Origin: Hypanus sabinus
Taxonomy: Eukaryota
DNA: 42,755 nt
Direction of reading: 5' to 3'
NCBI RefSeq assembly: GCF_030144855.1
Contig: NW_026780313.1
Location: 1 to 42,755, forward strand
Shown: positions 9,293-22,489 of the stretch, one piece after another
Layout of the letters: each line of letters begins with the position of its first letter
How positions within the stretch are numbered: position 1 is the stretch's first letter
Program-made: the position numbers and the translations under genes
Notes under the pieces: generated by a model
Databases searched by the model: none
Told to the model about the DNA's origin: nothing
The model's input: only the letters and a program-made list of their open reading frames with translations

Positions 9293-10043
9293 AATGTCTC
9301 CGTGCGGAAGCGTTGTCTTTTGCCGTAGACGTTGCGATGTCTGGGAGGTGAATGATACAATCACTCATCTCGGCCTCCTGCTGGAATAACGCAGTCCGGG
9401 AGCATTAACCGGGCCGCTTCCCGCAGATGCCGCCCCACCTGCGGAGTCTTTATGCCATGTTCTGGAATGGTTGCGCGGAAATTGCAGAGTTTCAGAGGGA
9501 TAAGCGTGAGATGCTGGGCCTTGGGGAGATGAACTAAATGGGCAGAGAATGCAAGAATTGAGCCGGATCCTGGGTTGCTGGACGGCGGTAACAGGTGTTG
9601 AGAGGGTGACCAAGCAGGTTAGTGCCAGCACTCCATTGTAGTAACGAGAGGAGACCGTACCCTGTGTGGGGTTTGACCAGTGCAAACCCAGTATTCCTGA
9701 GAGTCGAGCAGGCAATCCTGAGGGGCACTGGTGTAGGTAGTCAGCGCACACAGTGTCCGAGAAAAGCATTTACACCTGGAAAATAAAACACAGACCATAA
9801 GAATCTGCAGCATAATGTGGTACCGACCATTCAACCTGGTCCAGGAACGGCTTAGAGTTTCCCTAGCGCATAGCCCTCTATGTCCCTAAGCTCCGTGTAT
9901 CTCTAGAAGAGGCTTTAAAAGACCCCATTGGAATCGCTTCCAGCGCCATCCGACCCGGCGCTGAAGCAGCCATTTGACAAGCTGGCCTCCATCAGTCACA
10001 TCATGGAATTCAGGTGTTGGGACATTACAGAGCAGTTGACAAG

Positions 10044-10998
10044 ACAATAGACATTAGACAATAGACACAGGGGCAGGCCATTCTGTCCTTTGAGCCAGCA
10101 CCGCCATTCAATCTGATCATCCACAATCAGTGCCAATGATCCTGCCTTCTCCCCGTATCCCCTGACTCTGCTATCTATAAGAGCTGTATCTAACTCTTTC
10201 TTGAATTCATCCAGAGAACTGGCCTCCACTGCCTTCTGAGGCAGAGCGTTCCACAGATCCACAACTCTCCGGGTGAAAATAAGTTTTTCCTCAACTCCGT
10301 TCTAAACGGCCTACCCCTTATTCTTAAACTGTGGCCTCTGATTCTGGACTCCCCCCAACATCGGGAACATGTTTCCTGCCTCTAGTGTGTCCAATCCCTT
10401 AATAATCTTATATGTTTCAATCAGATCTCCTCTCCTCCTTCTAAATTCCAATGTATACATTCCCAGTCGCTCCAAACTTTCCCGGGATGGCGGGAATCAA
10501 ACTCGTGAACCTACGATGCACTCCCTCAATAGCAAGAATGTCCTTCCTCTAATTTGGAGACCAAATCTGAACACAATAGTCCGGGTGTGGTCTCACCAGG
10601 GTCCTGTACAACTGCAGAAGAACCTCTTTGCTCCAGTACTCAACTCCCCTTGTTATGAAGGCCAACATGCCATTAGCTTTCTTCACTGCCGGCCGTACCT
10701 GCATGGATACTTTCAGTGACTGATGAACAAGAACACCTAGATCTTGTTGTTCTTCGTCTTTTCCGAACTTGACCCAATTCAGGTAGTAATCTGACTTCAT
10801 GTTTTGCCACCAAGTGGATAACCGCACATTTATCTACATTAAACTGCATCTGCCATGCATCTGCCCACTCACCCAACCTGTCCAGATCACCCTGCATTCA
10901 CTCAACATCCTCCTCATATTTCACACTGCCACCTAGCATCGTGTCATCTGCAAATTTGCTGACATTAGTTTTAAGCCATTCTACTAAATCATTAGTCT
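10044..10998 (-). mobile_element. CR1 LINE 3' fragment
   Basis: QGDLDRLGEWADAWQMQFNVDKC and VKKANGMLAFI remnants; acaatagac tail. Confidence 0.93.
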
Positions 10999-11475
10999 AC
11001 AGGACAATTAGAAATACAATAAAATTTATGGAACTTCACAGATAAACAAAGACTGAAGACGTAGAAGCGAAGATGAATTGTGTAAATAACAGAGATTAAT
11101 AAATCATCCTAAGAATCTGATTGGTAGAGTCCTTGAAAGTGAGTCCATTGGTTGTGGAGTCAATTTAGTGTTGAGGTGAGAAACGGTCCCTTCATTTTAT
11201 GTCAGCTGCGTGGCCCAGCATTGCTCCGAACAGGATTTGTATAACACGGCCCGGAAAATCGCGCGGCGCTTTAACGAGACATTCTGAACAATTAAATTTC
11301 CAGCTGCGCGCCGACGAAGGCGATGTGCGCCGGGGGCATTTCAGTTACTGTCCGGCCGCCCACCCGCGCAGCTTCGAGGTTACGGTGGAGGCGAGTGAAG
11401 ACATCCGCCTGGTTCCGGAGCCAGACGGTTGTAGGAAAACAATTGTTCTTCCGTGAACTGCAGAGCCCCGTGTTA

Positions 11476-11716
11476 NNNNNNNNNNNNNNNNNNNNNNNNN
11501 NNNNNNNNNNNNNNNNNNNNNNNNNNNNNNNNNNNNNNNNNNNNNNNNNNNNNNNNNNNNNNNNNNNNNNNNNNNNNNNNNNNNNNNNNNNNNNNNNNNN
11601 NNNNNNNNNNNNNNNNNNNNNNNNNNNNNNNNNNNNNNNNNNNNNNNNNNNNNNNNNNNNNNNNNNNNNNNNNNNNNNNNNNNNNNNNNNNNNNNNNNNN
11701 NNNNNNNNNNNNNNNN
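11476..11716. repeat. N-run (241 nt), probable microsatellite
   Basis: Positional paralog of 3082-3340. Confidence 0.6.
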
Positions 11717-11889
11717 AACATGAAATTCAATAGTGTAGATATAGTGCCTCGGACCGAATTACATTGACCGTCGGATTGGTTATATCGGGGAAGGGGCGTG
11801 GCTTATCAACGATATATAATTTCACAACCACGGGTAAAGTGCGAAACAGCCTCATCCCACCTCCCCTTTACCACCTCTTCCCCGTCAAC
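11717..11889 (+). promoter_or_regulatory. Putative V3 promoter
   Basis: Paralog of the V2 promoter with a small deletion right after TGACCGTC. ATTGG, GGGGCGTGGC and atatataa are retained. Confidence 0.65.
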
Positions 11890-12466
11890 ATGGAGAGAAT
11901 GAACCGGGAAAAGATGTTTCTGTTCCTGTGGATCGTGTCCTGGATTGGCTGTTAGTTCATTTCGTTCACTATCTAATTTCTCCCCTCTCTCGCTTCCTCA
12001 TTCATCAGATACTCTATTCTCGATTATTTCTCTTCCCAGCTTCCCCCACCCAGCCGATAACTGACAGTCTCACTGCCTCGTTACATGTTCGTCTCATTCC
12101 GCCAGTAGTGGCTCCCCACTCGGTCAACACGTCTCTGATTCCTCACCGGTTTTCCGCTCTCTGTCCACAGGTGGGAACTCGGTGACCGTCAGGCAGACTC
12201 CACCCGCACTCTCCACCATGCCCGGCAGCGGAATGGAGTTAGAGTGCACGGCGGATGGAGGGGGTAATACTGATTACATGTACTGGTACAGACAGTACCC
12301 GGGGAGTGGCCCTCAGCTCCTGATCTACTCGACGTACAACGCGCATGCTGAACCGAAGGAAACAGCGGACGGGTTAACGGCCCAGAGGAAGAACAACCAG
12401 TTCAACCTGATATCTAAAAATTTGACTGTGAATCACTCGGCTCGTTATTTCTGCGCCTGGAGTCTA
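11890..12466 (+). CDS. TRBV: TCR beta V segment V3, TRBV30-like; join(11890..11950,12171..12466)
   Basis: Leader MERMNREKMFLFLWIVSWIG, GTTAGT donor, ccacag acceptor. Open V exon (CDR2 region STYNAHA) ending YFCAWSL. Confidence 0.93.
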
Positions 12467-12505
12467 CACAGCCGCCCGAACAGATGGTGAAGCCGAACAA
12501 AAACC
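12467..12505 (+). other. 23-RSS of V3
   Basis: CACAGCC-23-ACAAAAACC. Confidence 0.97.
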
Positions 12506-12747
12506 TCCAACGTTGCCAGAGGGGCGGGGCTGTCAATAAAAAGAGGGCAGGCGGCCTCCGCACTGAGAAGCGTGACGACAGAGGATGTCAATCAAATGAT
12601 GGGGCGGTTCTTCCGGTCACGGCGAGGATGGCGCCCCCCTCTGGTTAGCCTGGTTTACAGCATTTAATGTGCTTTTGCGCCGGGGGATAATAGGCGCACT
12701 TCGCTCCAATAGGAATGAACACGATACAGCCGGCACGGACCTTGCTT

Positions 12748-13470
12748 TTGCCTTATTTAACACAGTCTGCAGCTCTGATGTTTGAACATTCTCCCCGTTT
12801 AGATAATAGTCCTCAATAGTCCTCACTATTGTTCCTTTTACCAAAATGCATTATCATACATTTCCCAACGCTGTATTCCATCTGCCAGTTTTCTGGCCAT
12901 TCTTCCAAGTTGTCTAAATCCTGCTGTAAACGAAATGTCTCCTCAGCACTACCTGCCCCTCAGCTTATCTTCGGATCATCTTCACTCTTCGAGACAAAGT
13001 CATCAATTCAATTATCCAAATAATTGACAAACATTGTGAAAAGTAGCGGTCCCAATACTGACCCCTGACGGACATCACTAATCACCGGCAACCAACCAGA
13101 AAAGGCCGCTTTTCTTCCCACTCGCTACCTCCTGCCTGTCAGCCATTCCTCCCTCCCGGCCAGTATCTGACCTGTAACGCCATCGGATTATATCATGTTT
13201 AGCGGCATCATTTGTGGCGCCTTATCAAATCCAGTGTGAAAATCCAAGTGAATGACATCCACTGTCTTTCCTTTGTCCACCCTGTTTGTTACTTCCTCGA
13301 AGGACTCTTAGTCACGCAAGATTTTCCTTCACAAAAAAAGAATTTCTTATTTTATTGAAAGTCTCCAAGTACCCCGAAACCTCGTCCTTAATAATGGACG
13401 CTAACACCTTCCCAAGCACGACCTTTACAAAGCAGTTGGAATCGCAGGTAGCGCGTCGCGGTTATAACCC
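12748..13470 (-). mobile_element. Decayed CR1 RT fragment (paralog of 4391-5110)
   Basis: Near-identical duplicate in unit 2. Confidence 0.8.
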
Positions 13471-14879
13471 CGGAGTGTGCCCGAGTTCAAAGCTTTCATT
13501 GGCCGTGATGTACATTTATATGATTATGAGAGGCGCTGATGGAGTCGTGAGTCAAAGATGCTTCCACTGTGTGAATAAATGTCATGCCCCGGCTCTCATC
13601 CGCTTTAGATGAGAGTGAGGAATGTTTTAAGGAACGATTTTCTTGCACGGAGGGTGGTGTGTCTCCGGAGCGGAAAGCCTGGGCGAGATATGGATGCGGT
13701 TCCGATCGAGGTGCATCGATAGACACTTTGAAATTTGCCCAATTAACCTTTGGGATCAGCTTGAATCTGGTTCATGCACGGAAGCTCACACGGGAAGAAA
13801 CTTCGCCGCCCATCTGATCCTCGCCAAACAAGATGTCCATTTACACTGTTCCCACTTGACGGCCTTCGGCGCATGCGCCTATGAGACCGTTACTGTGCAT
13901 CAGCCTGCGGGGCATTTATCTATCCCGGAGTTACGAAGTGAATTCTGGCGCTCGCTGTCAGGAGATGGTACTTTCTCCACGTGACTACGTCTGACTCCCC
14001 ACCCCCATCCCCACCCCACCCAGGAGCTCTGGCTTCACCTCTCAGTTCGAATATCTGCCGCGCTGTATCTCTAAATGAAATGAAATAGAAGGAAACACGT
14101 AATCGTCAGTGACACTCGGGTGCAGGAATGACAGGGACTTCGGCAATTCAAAACTGAAGCAAAGATGTATTAAAAAAATCAACTAGCAAAGCAAAACGGA
14201 GCTCAGGTTCACTTCAGAATCTTGAAGGACTGAAAACACTAAGGATACAAGAGGACCTTGGTCAGACAAGGATTCGGAGCGAACGAGTAAAGAGAGATTA
14301 GCAAGACGCACCCGCCCCTATCAGCCCGCTCGAAATACCCCCTTAGGAAATCCCGTAGGGATTGATGACTACTTAGACAACATCAGGGGCCAGTCGAAGC
14401 AACGATCCCCAAAGACAGCAACTGCAATGACGACCATTCAGAATACCGTGCTGATTTAATCCCTGCAAGTTAAGTAAAAGTGTTAAAAACGAATAGAGCT
14501 TCAAACTTCCGACGATACTAAACGAAACTACTCCGAAACATGGTCAAATACGAGAGCTTGCCCAAACATAAACAATTAATCATCCTCGGGAAGCGGTCGA
14601 AGGAACTGCGCATGCCCAGGAGGTTACTTTTCGAAACGGCAATCCACACACCAACTGGGGAAAAACAATCCTTTCCTTTTATCTCCAAACAGCCACCTCC
14701 TGCTGGTGGCAAGCAGAACAACAGGCGTTCCGTACACGAAATCTTCGACAAATACCAAGCCGAATTAAAGCGAATAACGATTGCCATCACCGATTCCTTC
14801 ACCATCTCCGCACATGCCCGTGTCTCGGATAGAGACAGAGATAGATTACGAAGTAAGTGACACCAGATTAGACCGCGAT

Positions 14880-15315
14880 GTTAGAGGGTGGGCAGTAGCA
14901 CCTTATATTCCATCTGGGCAAATCGAACCTGATAATGTGTGTATCAATTTCTCCTTCCGTTTGGAAAAAATCTCTCAAGCTCTACTCTTCTTCCATTCCC
15001 CACTGTGATCTCTTACCTCTTCTCACCTGGCTATCACCCCCTACCCCAAGTGACGGTCCTCCTTTCCTTTCCCCTTTCGTTCACTCACCTCCCATATCAG
15101 ATTCCTTCATCACCTGTCCCTGACATTTCTCAACCACCTGGCATCTACCGATTCATTTCTTGTCAAACCTCTTCCTCCTCCCCTTAACTTTTTCTTTTGG
15201 CTTCTTCTAATTTCCTTCCCGGTCCTGCGGAAGCGTCACGGCCCGTGGCGGTCATTTTCATGGCGTGCTGATCTCCCCCAGCATTGCGAATGCGTTCCTT
15301 CGGATTTCCAGCATG
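14880..15315 (+). mobile_element. Penelope-like remnant (unit 2)
   Basis: Duplicate of 6510-6935. Confidence 0.6.
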
Positions 15316-15469
15316 CGCAGAATCTCTGGCGTTATGGTAACGTGTCAAACGTTATGACGCGGCTGAGGGTGCTGCACTAACTACGTCACCGATTCTGATT
15401 GGTTAACACCGCTGTACAGACAGCACCCGGGGACGGACCTCACCCTTCAGGAGTCATTGGTTGAAGAAT

Positions 15470-17465
15470 GGGTAGGGCTGGCAGCTGTGATCCGGGGTTC
15501 CGCTTTTGTCGCCGGGAAAGAGCGAGAGGATGAAGTGGTGGTGGGATGTCTGGCATTTCCAGTTTTGGAAAATGTCTCGGCACTGCTCAGACATTGCAGA
15601 CTGGGTAGATCGGCCGGTGATTCATCATGGGTAGAACTGCGAAACAAGAAAATATAACCACGTTAACCGGATTATGGTATAGAAAGTAAACGGAGTAAAT
15701 TTCCGGTGACATAGCATCCCGTTACAAGAAAGATAAGGTTGTAACATTAGGTGATTTTAACTTTCGAACTATTGACTGGGACTCCGTTATGTAGAAGGTC
15801 GAGATCGGAAGCCGTTTGTTAAATGTGTTGAAGAAAGTTTCCTTAACCAGGGCTTTAAAGTCCCAGTTAGAGAGAGCATGCGGCTCTCCCCATGAAGTGG
15901 TGGGGCGATCGACATCAAAGGCTTCTCCGGAGCGTAACCAAAGATGCACATTTTTAAAAAAGGAGTGTTTTTATGATATTATTTGCTGGATCGGCCAATG
16001 AACTGAACCTGGTCCGTGGGAAATGAACCTGGTCATGTGTCAGATCTGTCAGTGGGAGAACATTTTCGGGATAGTGATCATAATTCGATCTCCTTTCCAA
16101 CAGCATTGGAGTGAGATAGGAACAGACAAGTTGGAAAAGTGTTTAATTGGAGTATGGGGAATTCTGAGGCTATCAGGCAGGAGCTCGGCGGCTTAAATTG
16201 GAAACAGATGTTCTCAGGGAACAGGACGGAAGAAATGTAGCAAATATTCTGGGGATATTTGTGTGGAGTTCTGTATAGTTACGTTCCAATGAGAGGGAAG
16301 TTATGGTCGGGTGCAGGAACCGTTGGGTACAAAGGCTGTAATTAATGTAGTCAAGAAGAAAAGAAAAAATTACAAAAGGTTGAGAGAGCTAGGTCATGTG
16401 AGAGATGTAGAAGGTTATAAGGCTACTAGGAAGGAGTTTAAGAAGGAAATTAGGAGAGACAGAAGGGGCCATGAGAAAGCCATGGCGGGCGGATTTAAGG
16501 AAAACCCCAAGGCATTCTACAAGTATGCGAAAAGGAAGAGGATAAGACGTGAAAGAAGAGGACCTATGAAGTGTGACAGTTGGAAAGTGTGGATGGAACC
16601 GAAGGAAATAGAAGAGGGACTTAATGAGTACTTTACCTCAGTATTCACTGTGGAAAAATGATCTTGGAGATTGTCGTGATGACTTCCAGCAGACTGAAAA
16701 GCTTGAGCATAAAGATATTATGAAAGAGGATGTGCTGGAGCTTCTGGAAAGCATCAAGGTGGATAGATCGACGGGAACTGATGCAATATACCCCAGGCTT
16801 CTGTGGGAGGCAGGGGTGGAGATTGCCCCGCAGCTGGCGATGATCTTTGCATCATCAATGGGGACGGGAGATGATCCCGAGGACTGGAGTGTTGTGAATG
16901 TTGTTCCTTTATTCAAGAAAGAGAGTAGGTATAGCCCAGGAAACTATAGACCAGTGAGTCTTATCTCAATGGTTGGTAAGTTGATGGAGAAGACCCTGAG
17001 AGACAGGATTTATGAACATGTACAGTATGATTAGAAGGTATAATGTGTTTAGGAGTAGTCACCATGGCTTTCAAAAGGGCAGGTCGTGCTTTACGAGCCT
17101 CAGTGAATTTTTCAGAATATGACTAAACACATTGATGCAGGAAGAGCAGTGGATTTAGTGTATATGGATTTCAGCAAGGCATTTGATAAGGTACCCCATG
17201 GATGGAGATGCGGAGAAAATGTTTTTCCCCTAGAGTGGTGAATCTGCGGAATTCCCTGCCCAGGAAAGCAGTTGACGGTTCTTCACTAAACATATTTAAG
17301 ACACAGTTAGGTAGGTTTTTACATAGTAGTAGGATTAAGGGTTCTGGGGAAAAGGAGCTGAGTTTACGGACAGATCAACCATAATCTTATTGAATGGCGG
17401 GGCTGTTTCGATGGGCCGGATGGCCTACCCATGGTCCAATTTCCTATGTATTTATGTTCTTATGT
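15470..17465 (+). mobile_element. Decayed CR1 ORF2 (unit 2) with an extra ~200-bp deletion at 17200/17201
   Basis: Duplicate of 7090-9292; junction ggtaccccatg|gatggagatg. Confidence 0.92.
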
Positions 17466-18216
17466 AATGCCGCCGTTGCGGAAACGTTGTCTTTTGCCGT
17501 AGACTTTGCGATGTCTGGGAGATGAATGATATAATCACTCATCTCGGCCTCCTGCTGGAATAACGCAGTCCGAGAGCATTAACCGGGCCGCTTCCCGCAG
17601 ATGCCGCCCCACCTGCGGAGTCTTTATGCCATGTTCTGGAATGGTTGCGCGGAAATTGCAGTGTTTCAGAGGGATAAGCGTTAGATGCTGGGCCTTGAGG
17701 AGATGAACTAAGTGGGCAGAGAATGCATGAAATGAGCCGGATCCTGGGTTGCTGGACGGCGGTAACAGGTGTTGAGAGGGTGACCAAGCAGGTTAGTGCT
17801 AGCACTCCATTGTAGTAAGGAGAGGAGACCGTACACTGGGTGGCGTTTGACCAGTGCAAACCCAGTATTCCTGAGAGTCGAGCAGGCAATCCCGAGGGGC
17901 ACTGGTGTGGATAGTCAGCGCACACAGTGTCCGAGATAAGCAGTTGCATCTGGAAAATAAAACACACACCATAGGAATCTGATGCAGAATGTTGTACCGA
18001 CCATTCAACCTGGTCCAGGAACGGCTTAGAGTTTCCCTAGCGCATAGCCCTCTATGTTTCAAAGCAACGTGTATCTCTAGAAGAGGCTTTAAAAGACCCT
18101 ATTGGAATCGCTTCCAGCGCCATCCGACCCGGCGCTGAAGCAGCCGTTTGACAAGCTGGCCTCCATCAGTCACATCACGGAATTCAGGTGTTGGGACATT
18201 ACAGAGCAGTTGACAA

Positions 18217-19182
18217 GACAATAGACATTAGACAATAGACGCAGGGGCAGGCCATTCTGTCCTTCGAGGCAGCACCGCCATTCCATGTGATCATTGCTGA
18301 TCATCCACAATCAGTGCCAATGATCCTGCCCTCTCCCCGGATCCCCTGACTCTGCTATCTATAAGAGCTGTATCTAACTCTTTCTTGAATTCATCCAGAG
18401 AACTGGCCTCTACTGCCTTCTGAAGCAGAGCGTTCCACAGATCCGCAACTCTCTGGGTGAAAAGAAGTTTTTCCTCAACTCCGTTCTAAACGGCCTACCC
18501 CTTATTCTTAAACTGTGGCCTCTGATTCTGGACTCCCCCAACATCGGGAACATGTTTACTGCGTCTAGCGTGTGCAATCCCTTAATCATCTTATATGTTT
18601 CAATCAGATCTCCTCTCATCTTTCAAAATTCCAATGTATACATGCCCAGTCGCTCCAATCTTTCCCGGGATGGCGGGAATCAACCTCGTGAACCTACGAT
18701 GCACTCCCTCAATAGCAAGAATGTCCTTCCTCTAATTAGGAGACCAAATCTGAACACAATAGTCCAGGTGTGGTCTCACCAAGGTCCTGTACAACTGCAG
18801 AAGAACCTCTTTGCTCCAGTACTCAACTCCCCTTGTAATGAAGGCCAACATGCCATTAGCTTTCTTCACTGCCGGCTGTACCAGCATGGTTACTTTCATT
18901 GACTGATGAACAAGAACACCGAGATCTTGTTGTTCTTCGTCTTTTCCAAACTTGACACCATTCAGATAGTAATCGGCCTTCATGTTTTGCCACCAAAGTG
19001 GATAACCGCACATTTATCCACATTAAACTGCATCTGCCATGCATCTGCCCACCCACCCAACCTGTCCAAATCACCCTGCATTCTCCCAACATCCTCCTCA
19101 TATTTCACACTGCCACCCAGCCTCGTGTCATCTGCAAATTTGCTGAAATTAGTTTTAATCCATTCTACTAAATCATTAATCT
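18217..19182 (-). mobile_element. CR1 3' fragment (unit 2)
   Basis: MRGDLIETYKMIKG and KKANGMLAFI remnants. Confidence 0.93.
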
Positions 19183-19668
19183 ACAGGACAATTAGAAATA
19201 CAATAAAATTAATGAAACACCAAACATAAACAAAGACTGAAGGCAACCAACGTAGAAGCGAAGATGAATCATGTAAATAACAGAGATGAATAAATCATCC
19301 TAAGAATATGATTGGTAGAGTCCTTGAAAGTGAGCCCATTGGTCGTGGAGTCAATTTAGTGTTGAGGTGAGAAACGGTCCCTTCATTTTATGTCAGCTGC
19401 GTGGACCAGCCATTGCTCCGAACAGGATTTGTATAACACGGCCCGGAAAACCGCGCTGCGCTTTAACAAGACATTCTGATCAATTAAATTTCCAGCTGCG
19501 CGCCGACGGGGCGAAGGCGATATGTGCCGGGGGTATTTCAGTTACTGCCCGGCCGCCCTCCCGCGCAGCTTGGAGGTTACGGTGGAGGCGAGTGAAGACA
19601 TCCGCGCTGGTTCAGGAGCCAGACGGTTGTAGGAAAACAATTGTTCTTCGGTGAACTACAGAGCCCCG

Positions 19669-20001
19669 NNNNNNNNNNNNNNNNNNNNNNNNNNNNNNNN
19701 NNNNNNNNNNNNNNNNNNNNNNNNNNNNNNNNNNNNNNNNNNNNNNNNNNNNNNNNNNNNNNNNNNNNNNNNNNNNNNNNNNNNNNNNNNNNNNNNNNNN
19801 NNNNNNNNNNNNNNNNNNNNNNNNNNNNNNNNNNNNNNNAGAGAGACAGGAAGTTAAAGAGAGAAANNNNNNNNNNNNNNNNNNNNNNNNNNNNNNNNNN
19901 NNNNNNNNNNNNNNNNNNNNNNNNNNNNNNNNNNNNNNNNNNNNNNNNNNNNNNNNNNNNNNNNNNNNNNNNNNNNNNNNNNNNNNNNNNNNNNNNNNNN
20001 N
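19669..20001. repeat. Two N-runs separated by agagagacaggaagttaaagagagaaa
   Basis: The visible island at 19840-19866 is GA-rich. Confidence 0.7.
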
Positions 20002-20193
20002 ACGGCTGTTAACATGAACTTCATAAGTGTAGATATAGTGCCTCGGACCGAATTACATTGACCGTCACATTGATTCGGATTAGTTATATCAGGGGAAGGG
20101 GCGTGGCTTATCAACGATATATAATTTCACATCCACGAGTAAAGTGCGAATCTGCCTCATCCTACCTCCCCTTTACACCTCTTCCCCGTCAAC
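20002..20193 (+). promoter_or_regulatory. Putative V4 promoter
   Basis: Same architecture; ATTGG is changed to ATTAG. Confidence 0.62.
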
Positions 20194-20770
20194 ATGGAGA
20201 CAATGAACTGGAAAAAGATGTTTCTGTTCCTGTGGATCGTGTACTGGATTGGCTGTTAGTTCATTTCGTTCACTATCTAATTTCTCCCCTCTCTCGCTTC
20301 CTCATTCATCAGATACTCTCTTCTCGATTATTTCTCTTCCCAGGCTCCCCCACCCAGCCGATAACTGACAGTCTCACTGCCTCGTTACATGTTCGTCTCT
20401 TTCCGCCAGTCGCGGCTCCCCACTCGGTCAACACGTCTCTGATTCCTCACCGGTTTTCCTCTCTCTGTCCACAGGTGGGAACTCGGTGACCGTCAGGCAG
20501 ACTCCACCCGCACTCTCCGCCATGCCCGGCAGCGGAATGGAGTTGCATTGCACGGCGGAAGGAGGGGGTAATACTGATTACATGTACTGGTACAGACAGT
20601 ACCCGGGGAGTGGCCCTCAGCTCCTGATCTACTCGATAGGCAACGCGCGTCTGGAACCGAAGGAAACAGCGGACGGGTTAACGGCCCAGAGGAAGGACAA
20701 CCAGTTCAACCTGATTTCTAAAAATTTGACTGCGGATCACTCGGCTCGTTATTTCTGCGCCTGGAGTCTA
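20194..20770 (+). CDS. TRBV: TCR beta V segment V4, TRBV30-like; join(20194..20254,20475..20770)
   Basis: Leader METMNWKKMFLFLWIVYWIG, intact splice sites. Open V exon (SIGNARL) ending YFCAWSL. Confidence 0.92.
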
Positions 20771-20809
20771 CACAGCCGCCCGAACAGATGGTGAAGCCGA
20801 AGAAAAACC
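20771..20809 (+). other. 23-RSS of V4 with variant nonamer
   Basis: CACAGCC-23-AGAAAAACC (C>G at nonamer position 2). Confidence 0.95.
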
Positions 20810-21044
20810 TCCAACGTTGCCAAAGGGGCGGGGCTGTCAATAAAAACAGGGCAGGCAGCCTCCGCACTGAGAATCATGACGACAGAGGCTGTCAATCAAA
20901 TGATGGGGCGGTTCTTCCGGTCACGGCGAGGATGGCGCCCCCCTCTGGTTAGCCTGTTTTACAGCATTTAATGTGCATTTAGGATAATAGGCGCACTTCG
21001 CTCCAATAGGAATGAACACGATACAGCCGGCACGGACCATGCTT

Positions 21045-21657
21045 TTGCCTTATTTAACACAGTCTGCAGCTCTGATGTTTGAACATTCTCCCCGTCTAGA
21101 TAATAGTCCTCAATGGTCCTCACTATTGTTCCTTTTACCAAAATGCATTATCATACATTTCCCAACGCTTACTCCATCTGCCAGTTTCCTGGCCATTCTT
21201 CCAAGTTGTCTAAATCCTGCTGTAAACGAATTGTCTCCTCAGCACTACCTGCCCCTCAGCTTATCTTCGGATCATCTTCACTCTTCGAGACAAAGTCATC
21301 AATTCAATTATCCAAATAATTGACAAACATTGTGAAAAGTAGCGGTCCCAACTCTGACCCCTGATGGACATCACTAATCACCACCAACCAACCAGAAAAG
21401 GCCCCTTTTATACCAACTCGCTACCTCCTGCCTGTCAGCCATTCCTCCCTCCAGGCCAGTATCTGACCTGTAACGCCATCGGATTTTATCATGTTTAGCG
21501 TCCCCATTTGTGGCGCCTTATCAAATCCAGTCTGAAAATCCAAGTAAATGACATCCACTGTCTTTCCTTTGTCCACCCGGCTTGTTACTTCCTCGAAGGA
21601 CTCTTAGTCACGCAAGATTTTCCTTCAGAAAAAAAGAAGTTCTTATTTTATTGAAAG
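21045..21657 (-). mobile_element. Decayed CR1 RT fragment (unit 3), cut by a deletion at 21657
   Basis: Duplicate of 4391-5004. Confidence 0.8.
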
Positions 21658-21888
21658 ACACCAACTGGGGAAAAACAATCCTTTCCTTTTCTCTCCAAAC
21701 AGCGACCTCCTGCTGGTAGCAAGCAGAACAACAGGCGTTCCGTCCACGATATCTTCGACAAATACCGAGCAAATTAAAGCGAATAACGATTGCCATCACC
21801 GATTCCTTCACCATCTCCGCACATGCCCGTGTCTCGGATAGAGACAGAGATAGATTACGAAGTAACTGACACCAGATTAGACCGCGAT

Positions 21889-22330
21889 GTTAGAGGGTGG
21901 GCAGTAGCACCTTATATTCCATCTGGGCAAATCGAACCTGATAATGTGAGTATCAATTTCTCCTTCCGTTTGAAAAAAATCTCTCAAGCTCCCCTCTTCT
22001 TCCATTCCCCACTGTGATCTCTTACCTCTTCTCACCTGGCTATCACCCTCTACCCCAAGTGACGGTCCTCCTTTCCTTTCCGTTTTCGTTCACTCACCTC
22101 CCATATCAGATTCCTTCATTACCTGTCCCTGTCATTTCTCAACCACCTGGCATCTACCGATTCATTTCTTGTCAAACCTCTTCCTCCTCCCCTTATCTTT
22201 TACTTTTGGCTTCTGCTAATTTCCTTCCCTCTCCCGGGGAAGCGTCACGGCCCGTGGCGGTCATTTCCATGGATGCTGCCAGGAGTGCTGATCTCCCCCA
22301 GCATTGCGAATGCGTTCCTTTGGATTCCCA
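21889..22330 (+). mobile_element. Penelope-like remnant (unit 3)
   Basis: Duplicate of 6510-6935. Confidence 0.6.
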
Positions 22331-22489
22331 GGATGCGCAGAATCTCTGGCTTTATGATAACGTGTCAAACGTTATGACGCGGCTGAGGGTGCTGCACTAA
22401 CTACGTCACCTATTCTGATTGGTTAACACCGCTGTTCAGGCAGCACCCGGGGACGTACCTCACACTTCAGGAGTCATTGGTTGAAGAAT

